Shown: in pieces, positions 1-9,060 of the stretch
Position numbering within the stretch: position 1 is the stretch's first letter
How the letters are laid out: each line of letters begins with the position of its first letter
Assembly: GCA_934660865.1 (NCBI GenBank)
Contig: CAKUIA010000015.1
Location: 1-32,000, forward strand
Source: an uncultured Opitutales bacterium
GTDB lineage: Bacteria > Verrucomicrobiota > Verrucomicrobiia > Opitutales > Intestinicryptomonadaceae
DNA length: 32,000 bases
Direction of reading: 5' to 3'
Translations under genes and position numbers: made by a program
Notes under the pieces: generated by a model
What the model saw: the letters and a program-made list of their open reading frames with translations, nothing else
The model's database searches: none
Told to the model about the DNA's origin: nothing

Positions 1-1379
1 TCGTCGTAGCAGCCTTCAAGGGTTCTCGAAACAGATTCGTTTTTGTAGAAGTCGAACGGATAGTAGCCGTATTGCTCCAACACTATGCCGTTAGATTTTT
101 TCAGCTTCTTGCTTGACGAGTCTACACAGGCATTCAAAGCCCTTTCGTAGTCGAAGCCCTTAAAGCCCTTTATCATTGCTTCGGCGACAACCGAAATGGA
201 GTGGTTGCCAATCATGCAATAGTTTTCCTGTCCCCAAAGAGTCCAAATGGGCATAAAACCCTGTTGGTCGTAGTGGTCTAGCATCGAATTTACCAAGTCG
301 CCTACATATTCGGGTGCTATTATCGTAAGCAGGGGGTGTTCGGCTCTGTAGGTATCCCACAAAGACAAAGTAGAATAGTACTTGCCGTTTGCAGCTGTAT
401 TAACCTGATTTTTAGGCCCTCTATACTGTCCGTTTGTGTCGGCAATATTGTTGGGGTGTATAAAGGCGTGGTACATACATGTATAAAAGTTTGCAAGTTG
501 GTCGTCGGTGCCCTGCACTTGTACCTTGTTTAAAATCTTGTTCCAGGCTGCCTTGTTTTGGGCTACAACTTTGTCGAAGTCCCAGTGGGGGAGGTCTGCC
601 TTCATATTTTCCTGCGCGTTTTTAACGCTTACGGTAGAAAGCGAGATTTTCACCTTTAATGTATCGCCTTTCTTTAGTCCGAAAAGCAATGTAAATTTGT
701 CGCCCCTTTGCGGGAGTTGCGCCTTTGTAAGAATGGTGTCTTTAATGGGCTTGTCGAAAACTATGTCGAAATAGACATTTCTTTTTACCCACATTTTTGT
801 TTTTTGCGCGCCCGTAATTTCGTATTGGCTTATTTGGTTTATGTCGGACTGCAAAACCCTGTGGTTTATGCTGCCGCCTACTATGCCGCTTTGAAAATCG
901 AAATACAAACCGCCGTTGTCGTCGTTAAATGTAATTTCGTATATGGCGGTTCTTTCAGTGCAGCTTACTTTTACGGCGGCTTTTGCGTCGGTTAGGTTTA
1001 CTTTATACAAACCTATTTCGGCGGTTTCCGAAGATTTGTCGAACGCGCTTTTAAAATCGGTTTTATTTGGGGTGCCCGTAAATGGAATAAAGGCCGCATC
1101 GCCAAGGTCGGGGCAGCCCGTGCCGCTAAGGTGGGTTTGCGAGAAGAACCAAATTTTTGAATCTTCGTTATTATAGCCGCTTGTGTAGCGCCATTTGCAG
1201 TTGCCCGTTTCGGGGCTGGGCTGCACCATGCCAAACGGCATGCAAGGCCCGGGGAAAACGTGCCCGTTATAGGCGGTGCCCACAAAGGGGTTTACATATT
1301 TTGTATAGTCTGTTTGCGCGTTTACTCCCAATACTAAAGTCGCAAACAATGCTGTTATTGCAAATAATTTGTTCATCAT
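1..1379 (-). CDS. Glycoside hydrolase family 92 (alpha-mannosidase-like) paralog A, N-terminal ~459 codons; the gene continues beyond the left window edge
   Basis: Absent from the ORF track because no stop codon lies inside the window. Hand translation of the reverse strand from ATG at 1379 (second ATG at 1376) reads MMNKLFAITALFATLVLGVNAQTDYTKYVNPFVGTAYNGHVFPGPCMPFGMVQPSPETGNCKWRY... with no stop down to base 1. Collinear with 2318-3705 (paralog B), including perfectly identical tracts. The N-terminus looks like a signal peptide (GVNA/QTD). Confidence 0.88.
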   Translation of the reverse strand, partial: MMNKLFAITALFATLVLGVNAQTDYTKYVNPFVGTAYNGHVFPGPCMPFGMVQPSPETGNCKWRYTSGYNNEDSKIWFFSQTHLSGTGCPDLGDAAFIPFTGTPNKTDFKSAFDKSSETAEIGLYKVNLTDAKAAVKVSCTERTAIYEITFNDDNGGLYFDFQSGIVGGSINHRVLQSDINQISQYEITGAQKTKMWVKRNVYFDIVFDKPIKDTILTKAQLPQRGDKFTLLFGLKKGDTLKVKISLSTVSVKNAQENMKADLPHWDFDKVVAQNKAAWNKILNKVQVQGTDDQLANFYTCMYHAFIHPNNIADTNGQYRGPKNQVNTAANGKYYSTLSLWDTYRAEHPLLTIIAPEYVGDLVNSMLDHYDQQGFMPIWTLWGQENYCMIGNHSISVVAEAMIKGFKGFDYERALNACVDSSSKKLKKSNGIVLEQYGYYPFDFYKNESVSRTLEGCYD

Positions 1380-1413
1380 AGATAGATTACAGCTTTTAGC
1401 CGTTCTTGTGTGT

Positions 1414-1419
1414 TGTCAA
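1414..1419 (-). promoter_or_regulatory. TTGACA hexamer (-35-like) 34 nt upstream of the paralog A start
   Basis: Reverse strand reads atatatTTGACAacacac. The same hexamer sits at nearly the same offset before all three GH92 copies. The downstream -10 is weak (TAAAAG/AAAGCT). Confidence 0.3.
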
Positions 1420-1454
1420 ATATATATTCTAAAATACAAGCTCTTGCGACATGC

Positions 1455-1487
1455 AAAAACAAAAAAGGCCTCCCAAAAGGAAAGCCT
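1455..1487 (-). terminator. Rho-independent terminator of GH92 paralog B
   Basis: Minus-strand RNA forms AGGCUUUCC-uuuu-GGGAGGCCU (9 bp including two G-U pairs) followed by UUUUUUGUUUUU. It lies 23 nt after the stop at 1510. Confidence 0.6.
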
Positions 1488-1509
1488 TTTTGTGTTTTTA
1501 TGCCGCTAT

Positions 1510-3705
1510 TTATTTTGCGGGGGTGTTTGTCATTCTAAATTCCAAAGTGCCGCCGTTAACAATGTCGGCGTGGCTTATAGTCTTTTTGGTGTATGGCTTG
1601 CCGTTAAGCTTTACGCTTTTTACGTACTTGTTTTCTTTTGAAAGTTTTTTGGCCACTACCTTAAAGGTTTTGCCGTTTGCCAAGTTTACCGTCATTTCGG
1701 GCAGCTGGGGGGCGCCTAAAACATATTCGGCCGAAACCGGGTCTACAGGGTAAAAGCCCATTGCCGAGAATATATACCATGCGCTCATTTGGCCGCAGTC
1801 GTCGTTGCCGCAAAGGCCGTCGGGCTTGTTTAGGTAGAACTTGTCGAAAACTTCCCTTACCAGTTCCTGCGTGCGCCAGGCCTTGTCTATCATGGCAAAC
1901 ATATAGATAACGTGGTGGCTGGGCTCATTGCCGTGGGCGTATTGACCAATTAGGCCGCTAACATCGTCTACAAATCCCGCTTTTTGCTCTTTTGAGGTTT
2001 CTTTGTTCTTAAAAAGATAATCCAATCTTTTAAAGAAAATTTCTTTGCTTGGGAAAAGCGAAACGAGGCCGTCTATATCGTGCTGAACGTGCCAGGTGTA
2101 TTGCCAGGCGTTGCCCTCGGTATAGTCGCCGCCCATTGTGGAATCGTGCGAAAGGGCAATGGGGTCGAAAGGCGTGCGCCAGTTGCCTTTTTTGTCTTTG
2201 GCGCGCATTAAAAGGGTGGACTTGTCGAACAAGTTTTTGTAGAAGTCAGCCCTCTTTGCAAAGCGCTGTTCTATGTCTTTTTTGCCGAGTTTCTTTGCCA
2301 TTTGGCCGATTGCGTAGTCGTCGTAGCAGCCTTCAAGGGTTCTCGAAACAGATTCGTTTTTGTAGAAGTCGAACGGATAGTAGCCGTATTGCTCTAATAC
2401 TTTGCCGTTAGATTTCCTCAATTCTTTGTCGGACGAATCTACGCAGGCATTCAAAGCCCTTTTATAGTCGAAGCCATCAAAGCCTTTTATCATTGCTTCG
2501 GCGACAACCGAAATAGAGTGGTTGCCAATCATACAACGGTTTTCTTTGCCCCAAAGAACCCAAATTGGCATGTGCCCGTGGGAGTCGTAGTGTTCTAGCA
2601 TTGTGTTTACCATATCGTTTACAAGCTCGGGAGCTATAACGGTAAACAGGGGGTGTTCGGCTCTGTAGGTGTCCCACAAAGACAATGTAGAATAATATTT
2701 GCCGCTGGGGGCGTTTTTTACCTTGTTGTCGGCTCCCCTATATTGTCCGTTTGTGTCGGCAATATTGTTGGGGTGTATAAAGGCGTGGTACATACTTGTG
2801 TAGAAATTTGCAAGTTGGTCGTCGCTACCCTGAGCCTGGATTTTGTTGAAAATCTTGTTCCACGCGGCTTTGTTTTGGGATACAACTTTGTCGAAATCCC
2901 AATGGGGCAGCTCGGTTTTCATGTTTTCCTGCGCGTTTTTAACGCTTACGGTAGAAAGCGAAATTTTTACCATAAGCTTTTCGCCTTTCTTTAGTCCGAA
3001 AAGCAATGTGAATTTGTCGCCTTTTTGCGGGAGTTGCGCCTTTGTAAGAATGGTGTCTTTAATGGGCTTATCGAAAACAATGTCGAAGAAAACATCGCGC
3101 TTTACCCACATAGATACGGTTTGTGCGCCCGTAATTTCGTATTGGCTTATCTGGTTTATGTCGGACTTTAAAACGCGTCGGTTTAATTTGTTTTTTTCCC
3201 TCGAAACTATGCCGCTTTGAAAATCGAAATACAAACCGCCGTTGTCGTCGTTAAATGTAATTTCGTATATGGCGGTTCTTTCAGTGCAGCTTACTTTTAC
3301 GGCGGCTTTTGCGTCGGTTAGGTTTACTTTATACAAACCTATTTCGGCGGTTTCCGAAGATTTGTCGAACGCGCTTTTAAAATCGGTTTTATTTGGGGTG
3401 CCCGTAAATGGAATAAAGGCCGCGTCGCCGAAATCGGGGCAGCCCGTGCCGCTAATGTGGGTTTGCCCGAAAAACCAAATTTTTTTGTCTTCGTAGTTAT
3501 AGCCGCCTGTATAGCGCCAAGAGCAGTTGCCCGTTTCGGGGCTGGGCTGCACTAGTCCCATAGGCATGCAAGGCCCAGGGAAAACATGGCCATTATAGGC
3601 GGTTCCCACAAAGGGGTTTGCGTATTTTGTATAGTCTGTTTGCGCGTTTACTCCCAATACTAAAGCCGCAAACAATGCCGTTGTCGCAAATAATTTGTTC
3701 GTCAT
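1510..3705 (-). CDS. Glycoside hydrolase family 92 (alpha-mannosidase-like) paralog B, secreted
   Basis: 731-aa ORF. N-terminal signal peptide (LVLGVNA/QTD). Contains NPFVGT, QYAHGNEPSHH and CGNDDCGQMSAWYIFSAMGFYPV motifs, which I recognise as GH92 hallmarks. Length is typical for the family. Confidence 0.93.
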   Translation of the reverse strand: MTNKLFATTALFAALVLGVNAQTDYTKYANPFVGTAYNGHVFPGPCMPMGLVQPSPETGNCSWRYTGGYNYEDKKIWFFGQTHISGTGCPDFGDAAFIPFTGTPNKTDFKSAFDKSSETAEIGLYKVNLTDAKAAVKVSCTERTAIYEITFNDDNGGLYFDFQSGIVSREKNKLNRRVLKSDINQISQYEITGAQTVSMWVKRDVFFDIVFDKPIKDTILTKAQLPQKGDKFTLLFGLKKGEKLMVKISLSTVSVKNAQENMKTELPHWDFDKVVSQNKAAWNKIFNKIQAQGSDDQLANFYTSMYHAFIHPNNIADTNGQYRGADNKVKNAPSGKYYSTLSLWDTYRAEHPLFTVIAPELVNDMVNTMLEHYDSHGHMPIWVLWGKENRCMIGNHSISVVAEAMIKGFDGFDYKRALNACVDSSDKELRKSNGKVLEQYGYYPFDFYKNESVSRTLEGCYDDYAIGQMAKKLGKKDIEQRFAKRADFYKNLFDKSTLLMRAKDKKGNWRTPFDPIALSHDSTMGGDYTEGNAWQYTWHVQHDIDGLVSLFPSKEIFFKRLDYLFKNKETSKEQKAGFVDDVSGLIGQYAHGNEPSHHVIYMFAMIDKAWRTQELVREVFDKFYLNKPDGLCGNDDCGQMSAWYIFSAMGFYPVDPVSAEYVLGAPQLPEMTVNLANGKTFKVVAKKLSKENKYVKSVKLNGKPYTKKTISHADIVNGGTLEFRMTNTPAK

Positions 3706-3739
3706 AGATGGCAGAAATTCTCTTTGTTCAAACAGGCTT

Positions 3740-3745
3740 TGTCAA
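3740..3745 (-). promoter_or_regulatory. TTGACA hexamer (-35-like) 34 nt upstream of the paralog B start
   Basis: Reverse strand reads tttatTTGACAaagcc, followed at a 17-nt spacing by GAGAAT. The offset to the ATG is the same as in paralog A. Confidence 0.3.
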
Positions 3746-3801
3746 ATAAATATATAAACGTTTACCATCGCAAAATTGCCCGCAGCATGTTATGTGTGCG
3801 C

Positions 3802-3828
3802 AAAAAAAGGCGGCCTGGTAAAGCCGCC
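3802..3828 (-). terminator. Rho-independent terminator of GH92 paralog C
   Basis: Minus strand forms GGCGGC-uuuaccag-GCCGCC followed by a U7 run. It lies 30 nt after the stop at 3858. Confidence 0.7.
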
Positions 3829-3857
3829 GTTTGTCGGGCAAAATTCTCCTAAAAAAA

Positions 3858-6059
3858 CTATTTTTGCGGGGCGTTTGTCATTTCAAATTCAAGCATACCG
3901 CCATTTACAATGTCGGCGTGGCTTATCGTCTTTTTTGTGTATGGCTTGCCGTTAAGTTTAACGCTTTTTACATACTTATTTGCCTTTGAAATGTTGCGGG
4001 CCAACACCTTGAAGGTTTTGCCGTTTGCCAAGTTTACCGTCATTTCGGGCAGCTGGGGGGCGCCTAAAACATATTCGGCCGAAACTGGGTCTACGGGGTA
4101 AAAACCCATTGCCGAGAATATTGCCCATGCGCTCATTTGGCCGCAGTCGTCGTTGCCGCAAAGGCCGTCTATTGTAGGCTGGTAGAATTTGTCGAAAACT
4201 TCCCTTACCAGCTCCTGCGTGCGCCATTCTTGCCCGGCCAATGCAAACATGTAAATAACATGGTGGCTGGGCTCGTTGCCGTGGGCGTATTGGCCTATCA
4301 TGCCCGAAACGTCGTGTGTAGTTCCCTTGCGCTGCGATTTGGGCTTGTCGGTGTTTTTAAAGAAGTAGTTTAGGCGCTCGCAAAACTTTTCGCTGCCGCC
4401 GAACATATTTATAAGGGCGTCTATGTCGTGCTGAACGTGCCAGGTGTATTGCCAGGCGTTGCCTTCGGTAAAGTCGCCTCCCATGGTGGCATCGTGCGAA
4501 AGTTCCAATGGGTCGAATGGCTCGCGCCAGTCGCCCCTGGCGTTTTTCGCCCTCATTAAAAGCAAATTAAAATCGAACAAATTGCGGTATAAAAGCGAGC
4601 GTTTTGCAAAGCGCTGCTCTATGCCTTTTTTGCCCAGTTTTTGGGCGGTTTTGGCAATGGCGTAGTCGTCGTAGCAGCCCTCAAGGGTTCTCGAAACCGA
4701 TTCGTTTTTAAAGTAGTCGTACGAATAGTAGCCCTGCCTTTCAAGCTCTTTGCCGTTAGACTTCGGCAATTTCCTGTCGGCAGAATCTACAAAGGCATTC
4801 AGCGCCCTTTCGTAGTCGAAACCTTTAAAGCCCTTTGCTATAGCTTCGGCTACAACGGCAATGGAGTGGTTGCCAATCATGCAATGGTTTTCCTTGCCCC
4901 AAAGGGTCCAAATGGGCATATAGCCCTGCGCATCGTAGTGGGCCAGCATGGAGTTTGCAAAGTCGTCTACATATTCTGGGGCTATAACGGTAAAGAGGGG
5001 GTGTTCGGCCCTGTAGGTGTCCCAAAGCGAAAACAGCGAATAGTATTTGCCGCCGGCGGCGGTTTTTACTTTATTGTCGGCGCCTCTGTATTGCCCGTTT
5101 GTGTCGGCAATATTGGCGGGGTGTATAAATGCGTGGTACATGCAGGTATAAAAATTTACCAATCCGCCTTTGGGGCCTTTTGCCTGTATCTTGTTTAAAA
5201 TTTTGTTCCACGCGGCTTTGTTTTGGGCTACAACTTTGCCGAAATCCCAGTGGGGCAGCTCGGCTTTCATATTCTCCTGCGCGTTTTTAACGCTTACGGT
5301 GGAAAGCGAGATTTTTACCTTTAATGTTTCGCCTTTCTTTAAGCCGAAAAGCAATGTGAATTTGTCGCCCCTTTGCGGGAGTTGCGCCCTTGTAAGAATG
5401 GTGTCTTTAATGGGCTTGTCGAAAACGATGTCGAAGAAAACGTCGCGCTTTACCCACCTTGTTACCGTTTGCGCGCCCGTAATTTCGAACTGGCTAAGTT
5501 GTTTTATGTCCGACTTTAAAACGCGGTTGTCGTAGGTCTTTTTCCAGTCGTATCTGTCGCTTGTTAAGCCGCTTTGAAAGTCGAAATACAAGCCGCCGTT
5601 GTCGCCGTTAAATGTAATTTCGTATATGGCACTTCTTTCGGTGCAGCTTATTTTTACGGTGGCTTTTGCGTCGGTTAGGTTTACTTTATACAAGCCTATT
5701 TCGGCCGTTTCGGTATTTTTGTCGAACGCGCTTTTAAAGTCTTTTTTGTAGGGGCTGCCGGTAAAGGGAATAAAGGCAACATCGCCTAAATCGGCAACGC
5801 CCGTGCCGCTAATGTGGGTTTGCCCGAAAAACCAAATTTTGTCGTCGTCGCGGTTGTAGCCTCCGGTATATTTCCAGTTGCCGTTGCCCGTTTCGGGGCC
5901 GGGCTGCACCAAGCCCAGCGGCATGCAAGGCCCGGGGAAAACGTGGCCGTTATAACTGGTGCCTATAAAGGGATTTACATATTTTGTGTAGTCGTCTGCA
6001 ATTAGCTGTTGCGCGCAAAAAAGCAAAGACAAGCCAAGTAAACTTATAAATTTTTTCAT
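3858..6059 (-). CDS. Glycoside hydrolase family 92 (alpha-mannosidase-like) paralog C, secreted or lipid-anchored
   Basis: The track ORF is 3858-6173. The first 38 codons have no counterpart in paralogs A and B, so the start is trimmed to ATG 6059 (MKKFISLLGLSLLFCAQQLIADDYTKYVNPFIGT). Same GH92 motifs (GNEPSHH, CGNDDCGQMSAW). By eye it is clearly more diverged from B than A is. The LLFC in the signal peptide could be a non-canonical lipobox. Confidence 0.9.
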   Translation of the reverse strand: MKKFISLLGLSLLFCAQQLIADDYTKYVNPFIGTSYNGHVFPGPCMPLGLVQPGPETGNGNWKYTGGYNRDDDKIWFFGQTHISGTGVADLGDVAFIPFTGSPYKKDFKSAFDKNTETAEIGLYKVNLTDAKATVKISCTERSAIYEITFNGDNGGLYFDFQSGLTSDRYDWKKTYDNRVLKSDIKQLSQFEITGAQTVTRWVKRDVFFDIVFDKPIKDTILTRAQLPQRGDKFTLLFGLKKGETLKVKISLSTVSVKNAQENMKAELPHWDFGKVVAQNKAAWNKILNKIQAKGPKGGLVNFYTCMYHAFIHPANIADTNGQYRGADNKVKTAAGGKYYSLFSLWDTYRAEHPLFTVIAPEYVDDFANSMLAHYDAQGYMPIWTLWGKENHCMIGNHSIAVVAEAIAKGFKGFDYERALNAFVDSADRKLPKSNGKELERQGYYSYDYFKNESVSRTLEGCYDDYAIAKTAQKLGKKGIEQRFAKRSLLYRNLFDFNLLLMRAKNARGDWREPFDPLELSHDATMGGDFTEGNAWQYTWHVQHDIDALINMFGGSEKFCERLNYFFKNTDKPKSQRKGTTHDVSGMIGQYAHGNEPSHHVIYMFALAGQEWRTQELVREVFDKFYQPTIDGLCGNDDCGQMSAWAIFSAMGFYPVDPVSAEYVLGAPQLPEMTVNLANGKTFKVLARNISKANKYVKSVKLNGKPYTKKTISHADIVNGGMLEFEMTNAPQK

Positions 6060-6089
6060 AAACGGCAAAAATAGGGCACAGCCAATATC

Positions 6090-6095
6090 TGTCAA
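6090..6095 (-). promoter_or_regulatory. TTGACA hexamer (-35-like) 30 nt upstream of the paralog C start
   Basis: Reverse strand reads ttcttTTGACAgatatt, followed at a 16-nt spacing by TATTTT. Confidence 0.3.
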
Positions 6096-6241
6096 AAGAA
6101 ATAGTATTTTTTGCGCAAATATTTGCCTGCGCCAAAAATTCCGAATTTTTTTAAAATCCAAAAATCGCCGCAATATGAAGTCTAATATGTTGACATATAT
6201 CTAAAATAGGACAAAATTTTCTGAAATTTTTACACTTGATT

Positions 6242-9040
6242 ATGGCAGAAAAAGCAGGAAAAGATTATAAAGACACTTTGAATTTGCCCAAAACGGCTTT
6301 CCCGATGAGGGGCGATTTGGTTAAACGCGAGCCCGTGCGCATTCAGCATTGGGCCGACAACAAGCTGTACGAAACAATCCAGAAATCGCGCGAGGGGTGT
6401 CCAAAGTTTGTATTGCACGACGGCCCGCCCTTTACCAACGGCGACGTTCACATCGGCACGGCGTTGAACAAAATACTAAAGGACATCGTTATAAAATACA
6501 AGACGATGAAGGGCTACAAAGTGCCCTATGTTCCGGGGTGGGACTGCCACGGTTTGCCCATAGAGCACAAGGTTTCGAAAATCCTTAAAGAGGAAAAACG
6601 CTTTTTGACAACGGCCCAGCTTAGGGCGGAATGTGCGAAGTTTTCGTCGGACTTTATCGAAAAACAGCGCAAGCAGTTTATACGTTTGGGCGTATTGGCC
6701 GACTGGCAGCACGAATATAAAACCAAAAACCCCGAATACGAGGCCGAAATTTTAAGGACTTTCGCAAAATTTATCGAAGAGGGTTTGGTATACCGCAGCA
6801 AAAAGCCCGTGTATTGGTCTATTCCCTGCAAAACCGCATTGGCCGAAGCCGAAATCGAGTATCAGGAGCACACAAGCCCGTCCATTTGGGTTGCATTCAA
6901 TCTCGACGACGAAGCCAAACAAAAGCTTTCCCTTAAAAACGGCAAAATAGTTATTTGGACAACCACTCCGTGGACGCTGCCTTCGAACTTGGCGGTTGCC
7001 GTTCACCCCGACTTTGACTATTGCGTTGTTGAATGCGACAAGGGGCAGTTTGTAGTTTCGTCGGCGTTGGCCGAAGATTTCATAAAAAACTGCGAGCTTG
7101 AAAACGCAACGGTTAAACCCCTTTGCAAGGGCGCGCAGCTTGCCGGCTTAAAGGCAAGGCACCCGTTTATAGACAGGGCAAGCCCCATAATTGCGGCAAC
7201 CTACATTACCGAAGACAACGGTACGGGTTGCGTGCACATTGCCCCCGGCCACGGTTTGGAAGACTATCAGGCAGGCTTGGCCAACGGCTTGGAAGTTTAC
7301 TGCCCGCTAGACGACGACGGCGCCTATGTAGACGACGGGCAAATTCCCGCCGACTTAGTCGGCATTAGCGTTTTGGAAGTAAACGGCAAAAGCGTTGCCA
7401 ACATAAAGGTTTTGGAAAAAATCGAGGCAAACGGTTCGCTTCTTAAAATGAAGAAGATAACCCACCAATACCCCCATTGCTGGAGGTCTAAAACTCCGGT
7501 AATATTCAGGGCTATGGACCAATGGTTTGTTTCGCTCGACAAATACGATATGCGCAAAAAGGCGCTCGATAACATTTCGAAAGTTCAATGGGTGCCCTCG
7601 TGGGGCGAAAACAGGATTAGGGGAGCGGTAGAATCGCGTCCCGACTGGTGCATTTCGCGTCAAAGGGCGTGGGGCGTTCCCATTCCCGCTTTCTACGACG
7701 CAAAAGGCGTTGCCCATATAGACGCGGGCATTGTTCGCGCCATTGCCGACAAGGTTGAAAAGGCCGGCACAAACATTTGGTTCGAGCAAAGCGAAGCCGA
7801 GCTGCTAGACGGCGTTTCGGTTCCCGAAAGCTTTGGGCCTAAAAACGAGCTTAAGAAGGGCACCGACACATTGGACGTTTGGATAGATTCGGGCAGCAGC
7901 CACTTGGCGGTTTTGGCGAAGAACCCCGATTTGGCATGGCCTGCCGACTTGTATTTGGAAGGTTCCGACCAGCACAGGGGTTGGTTCCAAAGCTCGTTGT
8001 GGACGGGCACAATAGTAAAGGGTTTGCCGCCATTTAAAAAGGTTATAACGCACGGCTTTATTGTTAACGAGCAGCGCAAAAAGATTTCAAAAAGCGACGC
8101 AAAGCCCTCTACGGCCGACGCCTATGTAAACAAATACGGCGCCGACATTATAAGGCTTTGGATTAGCTCGGAAGACTACCAAAGCGACATTCCCATTTCC
8201 GACGGCATTTTGGTTCACGTTGCAAACACATACCGCAGCATAAGAAATACAATTATGTACCAGTTGGGCAATTTGTACGATTTCGACTATTCGAAAGACG
8301 CGGTTGCGTGGAACGAAATGGACGCCATCGACAAATGGGCGCTGCACAAGCTTGCCCTTTTGGTAAACGGTTGCGAAAAGGCGTACGAAAACTACGAATT
8401 CCACCGCATATACCGTTTGGTAGACGTATTTTGCGGCGTGCACATGTCCAGAATATACCACGACATTCTAAAAGACAGAATGTATACCTTTGCCCCCAAT
8501 TCGAAGTCGCGCAGGTCTTCGCAAACGGCAATGTATATAATTAAGGATACCTTCCTTAAAATACTTTCGCCCATATTGGTATTTACATGCGACGAAGCCT
8601 ACTGCATTTCCAACGGCGACGAATTTTCGAAAAATTCGGTTCACCTTTGCAAGTGGCCCGAAAAGCACAACGAGTATCTCGACGACGAAAACTACGAAAA
8701 GCTTGAACGCATTTTCGCCATAAGGGACAAGGTAAACGAAGAGCTTGAAAAGCTGCGCAAAGACAAGGTTATAGGCAAAAGCCTTGAGGCCGAGGTAGAC
8801 GTTATGGTTAACGCCGACAGCCCCGACGCTAAAATTTTGCGCGAATTTGCCGATAAGCTTGCCGAATTGTTTATCGTTTCGAAAGTTTGCATTGTAGAGG
8901 GCAAGTTCGAAACGCTTTCGGTTCAGGCGCACATGGCCGACGGCGTAAAGTGCTCTAGGTGCTGGCGCACGGTGGATTCGGTAGACGAAAACGGCGTATG
9001 CCCGCGTTGTGCCGAAGCTTTGAAGGAAATAGAAAAATAA
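6242..9040 (+). CDS. ileS: Isoleucyl-tRNA synthetase
   Basis: The track ORF starts at TTG 6236; ATG 6242 ([26 protein letters not shown]) matches the usual IleRS N-terminus. HIGH-type motif [16 protein letters not shown]-type motif KISKS, and a C-terminal CxxC...CxxC zinc knuckle (CSRCWRT...CPRCAEAL). Confidence 0.97.
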   Translation: MAEKAGKDYKDTLNLPKTAFPMRGDLVKREPVRIQHWADNKLYETIQKSREGCPKFVLHDGPPFTNGDVHIGTALNKILKDIVIKYKTMKGYKVPYVPGWDCHGLPIEHKVSKILKEEKRFLTTAQLRAECAKFSSDFIEKQRKQFIRLGVLADWQHEYKTKNPEYEAEILRTFAKFIEEGLVYRSKKPVYWSIPCKTALAEAEIEYQEHTSPSIWVAFNLDDEAKQKLSLKNGKIVIWTTTPWTLPSNLAVAVHPDFDYCVVECDKGQFVVSSALAEDFIKNCELENATVKPLCKGAQLAGLKARHPFIDRASPIIAATYITEDNGTGCVHIAPGHGLEDYQAGLANGLEVYCPLDDDGAYVDDGQIPADLVGISVLEVNGKSVANIKVLEKIEANGSLLKMKKITHQYPHCWRSKTPVIFRAMDQWFVSLDKYDMRKKALDNISKVQWVPSWGENRIRGAVESRPDWCISRQRAWGVPIPAFYDAKGVAHIDAGIVRAIADKVEKAGTNIWFEQSEAELLDGVSVPESFGPKNELKKGTDTLDVWIDSGSSHLAVLAKNPDLAWPADLYLEGSDQHRGWFQSSLWTGTIVKGLPPFKKVITHGFIVNEQRKKISKSDAKPSTADAYVNKYGADIIRLWISSEDYQSDIPISDGILVHVANTYRSIRNTIMYQLGNLYDFDYSKDAVAWNEMDAIDKWALHKLALLVNGCEKAYENYEFHRIYRLVDVFCGVHMSRIYHDILKDRMYTFAPNSKSRRSSQTAMYIIKDTFLKILSPILVFTCDEAYCISNGDEFSKNSVHLCKWPEKHNEYLDDENYEKLERIFAIRDKVNEELEKLRKDKVIGKSLEAEVDVMVNADSPDAKILREFADKLAELFIVSKVCIVEGKFETLSVQAHMADGVKCSRCWRTVDSVDENGVCPRCAEALKEIEK

Positions 9041-9060
9041 CAGGACTTTTTCGTTTGAAA

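Noticed and set aside
1-1379. The ORF track shows no long ORF here, which suggested that GH92 copy A might be a frameshifted pseudogene.
   Set aside because: Hand translation of the reverse strand from ATG 1379 is open all the way to base 1 and collinear with paralog B. The track simply omits ORFs whose stop lies outside the window.
1420-1427. A Bacteroidetes-type -7 promoter motif TAnnTTTG (TATATTTG) occurs upstream of GH92 A and upstream of maa (12239-12246). It was considered as evidence for Bacteroidota-style promoters.
   Set aside because: The motif is exact in only these two places and absent before paralogs B and C. By contrast, TTGACA is conserved before all three GH92 copies and before the HIT operon. 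The evidence is insufficient to call the promoter type.
880-3423. The identical and diverged GH92 segments were considered as a diversity-generating retroelement template/variable repeat pair.
   Set aside because: Differences between the copies are not restricted to adenine positions. There is no reverse transcriptase or accessory gene in the window. The tracts are better explained by gene conversion.
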